A program made the translations under genes and the position numbers. From Deferribacterales bacterium (GTDB taxonomy: Bacteria > Chrysiogenota > Deferribacteres > Deferribacterales > Geovibrionaceae): a stretch of DNA of 64,000 bases. Position 1 is the first letter of the stretch, and every line of letters starts with the position of its first letter. Shown one piece after another: positions 21,250-31,394 of this stretch. The notes under the pieces are model-generated. The model made no database searches. It saw only the letters and a list, made by a program, of their open reading frames with translations, and was not told the DNA's origin. The stretch covers positions 160,001 through 224,000 of the forward strand of contig JBFWMA010000003.1 of the NCBI GenBank assembly GCA_050251875.1. The letters run 5' to 3'.

Positions 21250-22569
21250 ATGCTTAATGAGGATTTTCAAAGAAAATACAGCGGGATTTTCGGGGACAGG
21301 GCGGATGATTTTTTCGCCTCGCTCACCCGTGAGCGCTATAAACACATCAGAATAGCCCGCCGGGACGGCGCCGATTATCTGTCGGAGCTCGCTGAACAGG
21401 GCATACAGACCGAGAAGCTCACCGAAAACATATACCGTGTGACAGATGGCGAAGACAGGCTGACGAACACCATCGGTTTTCAGACCGGAGGGTTCTACAT
21501 CATGAATCCGTCATCCGTGCACACAGCCGATGTGTTCTGCTCGCTGATGCCGGAATATCCGTATATTCTGGACGTGTCCAGCGCCCCCGGCGGAAAGACA
21601 TGCGCCATAGCGGACAATCTGCGCAACCACTGCGCCATCATAGCCAACGAGCCCTCGAACAAGCGCCTCCGGTCGCTCCAGTATAATCTGGAGAAGTACG
21701 GAGCGTACAGTGTCCGCACCATCAGCATGGACGGGCGGAGTCTGCATAAATTCTTTGACGGTTTTTTTGACGGTATCCTGCTGGACGCTCCGTGCAGCAA
21801 CGAAAACAAGATAGGCAGAAACAAAACCGTGAACGCCGAATGGTCGCAGGAGCTGACAGAGAGAATGGCAAAACTCCAGAAGGAGATAGCTTCATCCGCC
21901 TTTCAGGGGTTAAAGCCCGGCGGGGTGATGGTCTACTCCACCTGTACTTTCTCCATAGAGGAGAACGAAGAGGTGGTTAGACACCTGCTGGATACACAGG
22001 ACTGCGAGCTGGCGGATATCAACGGCGGCGAAAACATAAAAGGCATCAGCGGCGACAGAGAGGTGGACGACAAGGTAGTCCGTTTCCTGCCGCATTTAGA
22101 CGAATATGACGGTTTTTTCATAGCCGCCATCAGAAAAAAGGGAGCGCCCTCCACAGGCGGAACCTATACCACATTCAAAAAAACTCCTGAAACAGATAAA
22201 TTCTTCACAGATTTTCCAGACTGCGCCGAGATTTATGAAAAAGGCGGGTCATTCTACCTTACCACCCGCATGGACAGATGCGTCAACTTCAGCAAGAACG
22301 GAATCATGCTGTTCAAACGTCCCGGAGAGCTGACCTCCCAGGCTCTGTGGCAGCTCGGCTCTGTGATGGATAAAGACATGATAACTAAAGTTTCTTACGA
22401 AGACGCCCAGCGTTATATGAAAGGATTTGACATTGATATGCCCTCTGATTATCATGGCAATTCCATATATTACGATACATTGCCTGTGGGCATGGTGAAA
22501 AGTGTTCAGGGCATGCTGAAAAACAAACTGGATCGTTATTTCTTATACGGAAAAAATATTGAATGGTAG
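21250..22569 (+). CDS. RsmF/NOL1/NOP2 family RNA m5C methyltransferase
   Basis: SAPGGKT, LLDAPCS, VYSTCT, EENE; start set at ATG 21250 to avoid overlap with trkA. Confidence 0.9.
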   Translation: MLNEDFQRKYSGIFGDRADDFFASLTRERYKHIRIARRDGADYLSELAEQGIQTEKLTENIYRVTDGEDRLTNTIGFQTGGFYIMNPSSVHTADVFCSLMPEYPYILDVSSAPGGKTCAIADNLRNHCAIIANEPSNKRLRSLQYNLEKYGAYSVRTISMDGRSLHKFFDGFFDGILLDAPCSNENKIGRNKTVNAEWSQELTERMAKLQKEIASSAFQGLKPGGVMVYSTCTFSIEENEEVVRHLLDTQDCELADINGGENIKGISGDREVDDKVVRFLPHLDEYDGFFIAAIRKKGAPSTGGTYTTFKKTPETDKFFTDFPDCAEIYEKGGSFYLTTRMDRCVNFSKNGIMLFKRPGELTSQALWQLGSVMDKDMITKVSYEDAQRYMKGFDIDMPSDYHGNSIYYDTLPVGMVKSVQGMLKNKLDRYFLYGKNIEW

Positions 22570-22573
22570 GCAG

Positions 22574-24031
22574 ATGAAAACATTATCCGTCCTCTTTCTG
22601 ATTCTCTTAACTTATTCCTCTTACGCTTCAATTCTGAATATTTCGTCTCAACCGGGGGATGTCTTCAACGCCGTGGTGGTGGAGAAGGACAAGAAAAAAC
22701 TCCATGTGGTGAAGGTGACCGGAGAGGGAGTGACCGTTCTGAAGAGCGTCACTGTTCTGACCGGCAAGGCAAAGGGAGACAAACAGGTGTCCGGTGACGA
22801 AAAGACACCCGAGGGGCTCTACCGTGTGATGGGCTTTCTCTCGCACAACAGACTGAAAGAGATGTACGGAGACGCCTCAAAACTGTACGGATACGGCGCC
22901 TATCCCCTGAACTATCCCAACTCTCTGGACAACCTGAAGGGAAAGACAGGCGGCGGAATATGGCTGCACGGTGTGGAAGACAACAGAAAAGATCCCGCCA
23001 CCAAAGGATGTGTGGCTTTTGATAACGACAATGTAAAGGAAGTGGGCGGATATCTGTCCAAAGGCACTCCGGTTATAATCACTTCCAGCGCCATAGAAGG
23101 CTCAGCAGACAAATATCACAGGCTGTTTCAGGATGCCAGACAGATGGTTCTGAAATATCTGGAATCATGGCAGAACAACGATTTCAAAGGTTTCAGCAAG
23201 GCATACAGCAAAGATTTTAAAGCCCGTGACGGAAAGAGACTGCCGGCATATCTGAATTATAAAAAGAATCTGATGGATCTCTATCCCAACAGAAAAATAG
23301 CGGCTGATAAATTCAGGGTTTTTTATGAATCCGAGGACGAAGCCGTGGTAGAGTTTAATCAGTATTACTCGGCGGACAACATAACAGCTTTCGGGCGAAA
23401 AACCCTCTACCTGAAAAAAGAGGACGGCGCTATGCGCATCATCGCCGAAGATTTCGAACAGACCAAAGGATGGGATGTGAAATCTGATATGGAGGTCGCC
23501 AAAGCTGATATCAGAGAACCGGAGACAGAGAAAACTCCGGCGCCTGTGAAAGAAACCGCCAAAACGCCCGTAAAAGAACATGTTAAGGAAACGGCTAAAG
23601 AACCTGTGAAAGAACCTGTTAAGGAACAGGTAAAACCAGCTGTCCCCGCAAAACCCGTGGAAGTGGTGATAGAGGACAATACGGCGGATATATCAAAAGA
23701 GATCAACGGATTTCTCGTGTCATGGAAACAGGCATGGGAATCCAGAAACATAGACAGCTATATCGCTCTTTACGGAGAGGGATTCAAAAGCGTGGGCATG
23801 AACAGAGCGGCGTGGAAAAAGGACAAAGCGAAGAAATTCGCCTCGCTCGGCAGTGTCCGTGTGGAGCTGGACGACATAAAAATAGAGATACTCAGCCCCG
23901 AAAGGTTTGAGGTGACATTCACACAGAAATACAGCGGAGACGCATACAGTGATAAAGGCATTAAAACACTCAGGCTCGACAGCAGTAAGGGTGAAATGCG
24001 AATAATATCCGAACAGTGGAGAGCCGAATGA
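22574..24031 (+). CDS. YkuD-family L,D-trans/carboxypeptidase with NTF2-like domains (Csd6/Pgp2-like)
   Basis: Signal peptide; GDEKTPEG.Y, LNYPN, IWLHG...TKGC catalytic motif; two W..AW/Y...Y NTF2-like repeats. Confidence 0.85.
   Translation: MKTLSVLFLILLTYSSYASILNISSQPGDVFNAVVVEKDKKKLHVVKVTGEGVTVLKSVTVLTGKAKGDKQVSGDEKTPEGLYRVMGFLSHNRLKEMYGDASKLYGYGAYPLNYPNSLDNLKGKTGGGIWLHGVEDNRKDPATKGCVAFDNDNVKEVGGYLSKGTPVIITSSAIEGSADKYHRLFQDARQMVLKYLESWQNNDFKGFSKAYSKDFKARDGKRLPAYLNYKKNLMDLYPNRKIAADKFRVFYESEDEAVVEFNQYYSADNITAFGRKTLYLKKEDGAMRIIAEDFEQTKGWDVKSDMEVAKADIREPETEKTPAPVKETAKTPVKEHVKETAKEPVKEPVKEQVKPAVPAKPVEVVIEDNTADISKEINGFLVSWKQAWESRNIDSYIALYGEGFKSVGMNRAAWKKDKAKKFASLGSVRVELDDIKIEILSPERFEVTFTQKYSGDAYSDKGIKTLRLDSSKGEMRIISEQWRAE
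23543..23638 (+). repeat. Low-complexity (P/H/Q)VKE/TAKE tetrapeptide repeat linker
   Basis: PVKETAKTPVKEHVKETAKEPVKEPVKEQVKP, degenerate 12-bp units. Confidence 0.8.
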
Positions 24032-25509
24032 AAAGACTGATCATACTGGCGCTGGTTCTGACGGCCCTGACAGGGTTCACGCAGGAACGCCCCTATACCA
24101 AAATGGAGACGTACTTTAAAGGAACCAACTATGAGCTGAGCGTTTACCGGATATACGGACGCAAAGACGGGAACACCATGCTTGTTATAGGCGGTATTCA
24201 GGGTGACGAGCCGGGCGGTTTTCTGTCCGCCGACCTGTACTCCGACCTGCATCTGGAACAGGGAAACCTGATAGTGATCCCCAGAGCCAATTTTAAATCC
24301 GTGATACTCTACGACAGAGGACCGGACGGCGACATGAACCGCCGTTTTCTGGATGAGCCGGAGGCTGTGGAGATGGACAAGGTAGTGTCCGTGGTGAAGA
24401 GGCTGATGAGCGAATCAGACGTTTTTCTTAATCTGCACGATGGATGGGGATACCATAACCCTGTGTATATAGACAGCAACAGAAACCCGAAAAAATTCGG
24501 ACAGTCCATAATCACGGACGCCGACACATATAAATGTGAAAACGGAAAGGTGCTCGACCTGAACACTCCCGCCAATAAAGCCATGGCGGAGGTGAACAGA
24601 AAGATAAACGATGACAGATATTCTCTGCATTATTTCAACACAGATACGGCAAACCCGAACACTCCGTTCAGCGACATGAGAAAGACTGCCACCTATTACG
24701 CCCTGCGTAAATACTGCATCCCGGCATACGGTATCGAGTCTTCAAAGAATCTGCCCACCAACGAGATGAAGGTGCTTCACCATAACTATGCCGTGAACGA
24801 GTTCATGAAAATATACGGAATCGTTCCTGAGGTTCCGGCAGTTATAATAGAGAAACCCTCGCTGGACTTCATGATGATAAACGTTAACGGCGAACCTATA
24901 AAGGTGAAAAAGAACGGCACATTGAAAATAAAATCCGGCGATGTGTGCGAGATAACCCATATCGAGTCGAACTATGAGAGGGGCATATCAGCTGACCTGA
25001 TAGGATACGGCACGCTGAATGATATGAACTCAAAATTCTCCGTCAAGCGCGATGGCGTTATAGTGGTGCGCAAGGACAGCAGAAAGATAGGTATAATCAA
25101 CATAGACGTGGATAAACAGCAGACAGCGGCTGTTGCTAAGCCCGAGCCCAAACAGGAACCAAAACAGGAGCCTGTTGCGCAGGCAGACGGATACAGCATA
25201 CTGCTCATCCACAACGGTGTAAAGAAACTGGTACCCGAAAACACAGTGTATGATGTGAAAACAGATGATAAGGTAGAGCTGAAAGCTCTGGTTTCAGGCA
25301 CTCAGGAACTGAGTTACAAGATCAACCTGAAAGGCTATGTTGCTCCGAACGTAGTGAATAACGATGGTGATGACAGAAACATAGAAATAGACATGAATCC
25401 GAAGAGGTTCATGACAAAATATGCCGAAGATGACGCCAAGAAGATGTATCCCGTGGTTGTCGGCTCCACAGGCAGCGAGATAGCCAAATTCTGGCTGAGG
25501 ATGAAGTGA
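24028..25509 (+). CDS. M99/M14-type peptidoglycan D,L-carboxypeptidase (Csd4/Pgp1-like)
   Basis: Signal peptide; GGIQGDEPGG (Gln/Glu Zn ligands), DMNRRF, LNLHDG; ATGA overlap with the upstream gene. Confidence 0.85.
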   Translation: MKRLIILALVLTALTGFTQERPYTKMETYFKGTNYELSVYRIYGRKDGNTMLVIGGIQGDEPGGFLSADLYSDLHLEQGNLIVIPRANFKSVILYDRGPDGDMNRRFLDEPEAVEMDKVVSVVKRLMSESDVFLNLHDGWGYHNPVYIDSNRNPKKFGQSIITDADTYKCENGKVLDLNTPANKAMAEVNRKINDDRYSLHYFNTDTANPNTPFSDMRKTATYYALRKYCIPAYGIESSKNLPTNEMKVLHHNYAVNEFMKIYGIVPEVPAVIIEKPSLDFMMINVNGEPIKVKKNGTLKIKSGDVCEITHIESNYERGISADLIGYGTLNDMNSKFSVKRDGVIVVRKDSRKIGIINIDVDKQQTAAVAKPEPKQEPKQEPVAQADGYSILLIHNGVKKLVPENTVYDVKTDDKVELKALVSGTQELSYKINLKGYVAPNVVNNDGDDRNIEIDMNPKRFMTKYAEDDAKKMYPVVVGSTGSEIAKFWLRMK

Positions 25510-25778
25510 GGCGTGTAACCGCCACAGTCAGAGGACGAGTGCAGGGTGTCGGATACAGAGCGTCCGTACACCGCAGGATATGTATGCTGAATGTGACCGG
25601 ATATGTGCGCAACCTGCCGGACGGCACTGTTGAGCTGGATATTCAGGGGCATGAGGCGGATGTGGAGGAGGCGCTGGAGATAGCGCATGACGGCTCGCCG
25701 TTCTCTTCCGTGGACAGTGTGGACACCCGTGATATGGCGCTGTCTGATCTGCATACCGGTTTTGTAATCAAAAAGTAA
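25506..25778 (+). CDS. acyP: Acylphosphatase
   Basis: GRVQGVGYR, GYVRNLPDGTVE. Confidence 0.92.
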   Translation: MRRVTATVRGRVQGVGYRASVHRRICMLNVTGYVRNLPDGTVELDIQGHEADVEEALEIAHDGSPFSSVDSVDTRDMALSDLHTGFVIKK

Positions 25779-25787
25779 ATTCCGCTA

Positions 25788-25816
25788 TTGCGGACTTATA
25801 AAAAAGAGTATATATA
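25788..25816 (+). promoter_or_regulatory. Putative sigma70 promoter of the thi operon
   Basis: TTGCGG-17 nt-TATATA just upstream of the riboswitch. Confidence 0.55.
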
Positions 25817-25822
25817 GAAATT

Positions 25823-25896
25823 ACCGTGGGGGTGCCCCAGAGGCTGAGAGAGTCCCCTAAGACCTGATTCGGGTAATGCCGGCGTAGGGAACGGTT
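25823..25896 (+). ncRNA. TPP riboswitch aptamer (THI element)
   Basis: GGGGTGC...GGCTGAGA...CCC...ACCTGAT...GGTAATGCCGGCGTAGGGAA with accgt/acggt P1; lies upstream of thiC. Confidence 0.95.
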
Positions 25897-25926
25897 TCTG
25901 GTTTTATATATTAGAAACTATCATAC

Positions 25927-25963
25927 CCCGTCTCAGGTTTTTCGCCTCAGACGGGTTTTTTTT
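25927..25963 (+). terminator. Riboswitch-controlled intrinsic terminator
   Basis: cccgtct...agacggg stem plus T8, between the aptamer and the thiC SD (aaggag). Confidence 0.85.
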
Positions 25964-25975
25964 GTTTATAAGGAG

Positions 25976-27247
25976 ATGCGCATGACACAGCTTGAAGCCG
26001 CTAAGAAAGGAATAATCACACCGGAAATGGCAAAAGTAGCCAAAGATGAACTGATAGATGAAAAGGAGCTGATGACCCTCATCGCCGAAGGCAAGGTCGT
26101 TATCCCCAAAAACGTTAACAGAAATTTCGATGTCAGAGGTATCGGCAAAAAGCTGAAAACCAAAGTGAACGCAAACATAGGCACATCCGGCGACTGCCCT
26201 TTTCTGGATGTTGAGATCAAAAAACTTCAGGCGGCTGTGAAAGCCGGCGCTGACAGTATCATGGATCTCTCCACAGGGGGCGATCTGAACCTGATCCGCC
26301 GTGAGATAGAGAAGAACTGCCCCGTAATGCTGGGCACAGTACCGATATATGCCGTGGCGGCAGAGCTCGCCATGCAAGACATGACCACAGACAACATAGA
26401 TGAGGAAGTGCTGCTGAGAAACATAGAGAACCAGTGCCGTGAAGGCGTGGACTACATCACCGTTCACTGCGGAATCACCAGAGAATCCGTAGCCAGAATG
26501 GACAACAGCGACAGAGTATGCGGCATAGTATCAAGAGGCGGATCGATCCTCGCCGACTGGATACGCAAGAACGGACGTGAAAACCCCCTGTTCGAATATT
26601 ATGACGATCTTCTTAAAATAGCTTATAAATATGACGTAACACTCAGCCTCGGTGACGGATTCCGTCCCGGAGCCACAGCGGACGCCACCGACAGACCCCA
26701 GATAGACGAGCTGATTATTCTGGGCGAGCTGGCTAAACGTGCTCAGGAGAAGAATGTTCAGGTGATGATAGAAGGTCCCGGACACGTTCCGCTGAACCAG
26801 ATAGCCGCCAACATGATACTCCAGAAAAGACTGTGCAATGATGCACCCTTCTACATACTCGGACCCCTGCCCACCGACTGCGGAGCAGGATACGACCACA
26901 TAACCAGCGCCATCGGAGGCGCCATAGCCGGAGCTGCCGGAGCGGATTTCCTCTGTTATGTAACACCCGCCGAGCACCTCTGTCTGCCCGATGAAAACGA
27001 CGTCTATCAGGGCGTTATGGCATCCCGCATCGCCGGTCACATCGCCGACATGGAGAAGGGAGTGCCCGGAGCCTGGGAGCGCAATGTTCAGATGAGCATC
27101 GCCAGAAAGGAGCTGGACTGGGAGAAACAGTTCGAGCTTGCGCTTGACCCTGAAACAGCAAGAAGCAGATTCCAGCGCAACAAGGAGTTCGACTCATGCT
27201 CCATGTGCGGAAAACTCTGCGCCGTAAAAATAGATAAGAGAAAATGA
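25976..27247 (+). CDS. thiC: Phosphomethylpyrimidine synthase
   Basis: KVNANIGTS, MDLSTGG, SRGGS, CYVTPAEHL, CSMCGKLC. Confidence 0.98.
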   Translation: MRMTQLEAAKKGIITPEMAKVAKDELIDEKELMTLIAEGKVVIPKNVNRNFDVRGIGKKLKTKVNANIGTSGDCPFLDVEIKKLQAAVKAGADSIMDLSTGGDLNLIRREIEKNCPVMLGTVPIYAVAAELAMQDMTTDNIDEEVLLRNIENQCREGVDYITVHCGITRESVARMDNSDRVCGIVSRGGSILADWIRKNGRENPLFEYYDDLLKIAYKYDVTLSLGDGFRPGATADATDRPQIDELIILGELAKRAQEKNVQVMIEGPGHVPLNQIAANMILQKRLCNDAPFYILGPLPTDCGAGYDHITSAIGGAIAGAAGADFLCYVTPAEHLCLPDENDVYQGVMASRIAGHIADMEKGVPGAWERNVQMSIARKELDWEKQFELALDPETARSRFQRNKEFDSCSMCGKLCAVKIDKRK

Positions 27248-27861
27248 CAAAAGACATACTGAAACTCTACCTTGTGTTAGAGACAAAAATGCTGAAAGTG
27301 CCGCTGGGTGATTTCGTCACCTCCGTGATAAAAAACGGCGTGACAGCCATCCAGCTCAGAGACAAGGGAATGACCGCCAGAGAACAGTTCGAGACCGGAG
27401 AATATCTGGTGAAACTGCTGGCCGGAACAGGAGTTCTCTTCGTGATGAACGACAGAATAGATCTTGCCCGTGCCGTGGGCTGCAGAGTTGTGCATCTCGG
27501 TGTGAAGGATATACCGCTTCTGGCGGCGAAAAAAGCCTTTCCCGATATGGTGTACGGCTATTCATGCAACGATGAGAACGATATAGCGATGGCAAAATAC
27601 GCCGACTACATAGGCGTGGGTCCCGCATTCATGACTAATACGAAGAAAGACCTTCGTCCGGTCATCGGTCCGGCGGACATAGCAAAACTGATAAAAAGAA
27701 CCGGCAAGCCGGCGGTGGCGATAGGCGGTATAAATGAAGAGAACATCTCACAGCTGAAAGGCACAGGCATAGCCGGTGTGGCTGTGTCGTCTCACATATG
27801 CGCCGCGTCCAATCCCGCCAGAGCGGCTGCCAGAATGAGAGAGCTGGTAGAAAAACTATGA
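27244..27861 (+). CDS. thiE: Thiamine-phosphate synthase
   Basis: QLRDK, NDRIDLA, DYIGVGP, VAIGGI. Confidence 0.93.
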   Translation: MTKDILKLYLVLETKMLKVPLGDFVTSVIKNGVTAIQLRDKGMTAREQFETGEYLVKLLAGTGVLFVMNDRIDLARAVGCRVVHLGVKDIPLLAAKKAFPDMVYGYSCNDENDIAMAKYADYIGVGPAFMTNTKKDLRPVIGPADIAKLIKRTGKPAVAIGGINEENISQLKGTGIAGVAVSSHICAASNPARAAARMRELVEKL

Positions 27862-28745
27862 AGGAATTCTCTCTGATAGAGAGTTTGTCACATATGCTGA
27901 AGGACAGCGGCATCGCCCTAGGGGTAGGCGACGATGCCGCGCTCTTCGGCGACACGCTGATAGCCAAGGACATCATGGCGGAGAATGTACATTTCACGCC
28001 GGACGCTCCTCTGGATCATGTCATGAAAAAACTGCTCACAGCCAACGTCAGCGATATCGCCGCTATGGGCGGAACAGCCAAATACGCCCTTCTGGGGCTG
28101 GCGGTTCCTAACGGGCGCGAGATAGACCCCAAAGAGCTTCTGAGACCTTTCGAGGCTTATGACGTGGAGCTCATCGGAGGCGATACCACATCGTCCGCCG
28201 GAGGGCTTTTTCTTTCGCTCACTATCGTGGGAACACCCAACAAACATGTGCTGACCCGTTCCGGTGCTAAGCCCGGAGATCTGCTTTTTCTGTCCAGACC
28301 CGTGGGCAGAGTTCGCCAGCTTCTGGACAGGGAGCTGAATGGCGGCAAGGATAATTACAATCACTATCTGGTTAGAGCGGAAACCGCTCTGGGCGACCTT
28401 CTGGGCAGAACAGGCATGGCGACATCCTGTATAGACGTTTCAGACGGAGTGGGAAGGGACGCTTCGCACATTGCGGATAAGAGCGGTGTTAAGATCATTA
28501 TAGAAAAGAATAAAGTTCCTGTGGGACATCTGTCCGGCATTGACGATCCGGTGATGTACGCTCTGGGCTCAGGCGAGGAATTCGCTCTGCTGTTCACCAT
28601 GCCTCCGGATAAAAAAGACGAACTGGAATCCGTGTATAACTCCGCCGTGTGCATAGGGCGCATAGAGGAAGGACACGGGGTGTATCTGGAAGACGGAGAT
28701 AAGCTGACAGATATCTCAGATATCGGTTATGAACACACTTTTTAA
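27858..28745 (+). CDS. thiL: Thiamine-monophosphate kinase
   Basis: MKEF start (ATGA overlap), GVGDDAA, NVSDIAAMGG, GGDT, DVSDG. Confidence 0.93.
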   Translation: MKEFSLIESLSHMLKDSGIALGVGDDAALFGDTLIAKDIMAENVHFTPDAPLDHVMKKLLTANVSDIAAMGGTAKYALLGLAVPNGREIDPKELLRPFEAYDVELIGGDTTSSAGGLFLSLTIVGTPNKHVLTRSGAKPGDLLFLSRPVGRVRQLLDRELNGGKDNYNHYLVRAETALGDLLGRTGMATSCIDVSDGVGRDASHIADKSGVKIIIEKNKVPVGHLSGIDDPVMYALGSGEEFALLFTMPPDKKDELESVYNSAVCIGRIEEGHGVYLEDGDKLTDISDIGYEHTF

Positions 28746-29119
28746 ATAAAAGGCAGAATATCCAGGTCCGCCGGTGCGAGGTTATATTTCTTCACCTCTT
28801 CCTTTGAACACCAGGCGCTGTCTATATGCTCTAAAATCTTAAAATTATCAGTCAGAAGCTCAGATCTGTAAAAATGCAGGACGATCAAGCGACCCTCCAC
28901 CTGATGTTCTGTGGCGGCGATGAAGTCGCCCACGGATACCTCCGCCTCGAACTCCTCCATCATCTCACGTTTCAGAGCCTCTTCATGGCTTTCGCCCTCC
29001 TCCACCTTTCCTCCGGGGAACTCCCACAGACCGCCGAGCTGTCTGTCGTGGGGACGCTGAGCTATGAAAAATTTTTGATCCTGATACAGAACCGCCGCAA
29101 CCACATCAACTCTCTTCAT
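28742..29119 (-). CDS. MutT/NudG-like Nudix hydrolase
   Basis: WEFPGGKVEEGESHEEALKREMMEE Nudix box, LAPAD; ATG 29119 with SD gagg. Confidence 0.9.
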   Translation of the reverse strand: MKRVDVVAAVLYQDQKFFIAQRPHDRQLGGLWEFPGGKVEEGESHEEALKREMMEEFEAEVSVGDFIAATEHQVEGRLIVLHFYRSELLTDNFKILEHIDSAWCSKEEVKKYNLAPADLDILPFI

Positions 29120-29130
29120 AAGAAACCTCG

Positions 29131-29161
29131 AAAAAAAAAGCGGAGCCCGCAAGAACTCCGC
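29131..29161 (-). terminator. Terminator after pgk
   Basis: gcggag...ctccgc stem preceded on + by an A-run (U-tract on -). Confidence 0.7.
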
Positions 29162-29169
29162 CGTGAAAA

Positions 29170-30336
29170 TTATCCTAAGATGTCGATACCCGGCAGAGAG
29201 CCGAATTCGATATATTCCAGCGAGGCGCCGCCTCCGGTGGATATGTGGCTGATGTTTTCAGACACTCCCGCCTGATTGACCGCCGCAACGGAGTCTCCGC
29301 CGCCCACAACCACAGTGGCTGAGCATCCGCCCAGAAACTTGGCTATGCTGAATGTCCCTTCTGCGTATGAGGGGTTTTCGAAAACGCCCATAGGACCGTT
29401 CCACAGAACTGTTTTGCATTTGCCCAGTTCCTCGATATATTTCGATGTGGTTCTGATGCCTATATCCAGACCCATGTATCCTTCCGGAATGTTCACTTCA
29501 GCGCATTTCACAGGCTGACCGTTGAACTCGTTGGACATGATGTGGTCTGTGGGGAGGAAAATCTCGACCTTTTTCTTCTTGGCAGTGGCGAAAATCTCGC
29601 CCACGACATTGAGCTGGTCTTCCTCCACCAGAGATGTTCCGATGGTGTTTCCGTTATATTTCAGGAAAGTATATGCCATAGCTCCGCCGACAAATATTTT
29701 GTCCGCAAGCTCCAGCAGTGATTTGATAACACCTATTTTGTCAGATACTTTCGCTCCGCCCACGATAGCGCCGAAAGGTCTTTCCGGCTGTTTGATGAGC
29801 TGGCTGAAGTATTTTATCTCTTTTTCCACCAGAAAACCTGCCGCCTTCTCGCTGATAAGCTCAGCCATTCCGTATGTGGAGGCGTGTTTGCGGTGGCATG
29901 TTCCGAAAGCGTCGTTCACATAAGCGTCCGCGTTGGCGGCGAGCTTAGCGGCGAATTCCGGATCGTTCTTCTCTTCTCCGGCGTAGAAGCGCAGGTTCTC
30001 CAGAAGGAGGACATCGCCGTCATTCATGGCGTCCACAGCGGCTTTCACTTCATCGCCTATGCAGTCTTCAACGAACTTTACGGGCATTAAGCGGGCAGTG
30101 ATATAGTCCGCCACAGGCTTAAGGGTATAGTTCGGGTTTTTGATTCCTTTGGGTCTGCCGAGGTGCGAGGCGAGGATCACCTTTGCCCCCTGCGCCTTGG
30201 CATAGTTGATGGTCTTCATAGCCTCAACTATACGGGTGTCGTCCTTCACCTGTCCGTCTTTCACGGGGACGTTGAAGTCGACTCTGATAAACAGTCGTTT
30301 TCCTTTCAGACTTAAATCTTTAATGCTCTTCGCCAT
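29170..30336 (-). CDS. pgk: Phosphoglycerate kinase
   Basis: [38 protein letters not shown]. Confidence 0.98.
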   Translation of the reverse strand: MAKSIKDLSLKGKRLFIRVDFNVPVKDGQVKDDTRIVEAMKTINYAKAQGAKVILASHLGRPKGIKNPNYTLKPVADYITARLMPVKFVEDCIGDEVKAAVDAMNDGDVLLLENLRFYAGEEKNDPEFAAKLAANADAYVNDAFGTCHRKHASTYGMAELISEKAAGFLVEKEIKYFSQLIKQPERPFGAIVGGAKVSDKIGVIKSLLELADKIFVGGAMAYTFLKYNGNTIGTSLVEEDQLNVVGEIFATAKKKKVEIFLPTDHIMSNEFNGQPVKCAEVNIPEGYMGLDIGIRTTSKYIEELGKCKTVLWNGPMGVFENPSYAEGTFSIAKFLGGCSATVVVGGGDSVAAVNQAGVSENISHISTGGGASLEYIEFGSLPGIDILG

Positions 30337-30345
30337 AAATCTACC

Positions 30346-31344
<999 letters not shown>

Positions 31345-31394
31345 AGAATCCTCCAAAGTTTTAATGACCGTGTATTATATCATAAAAATTCTGA

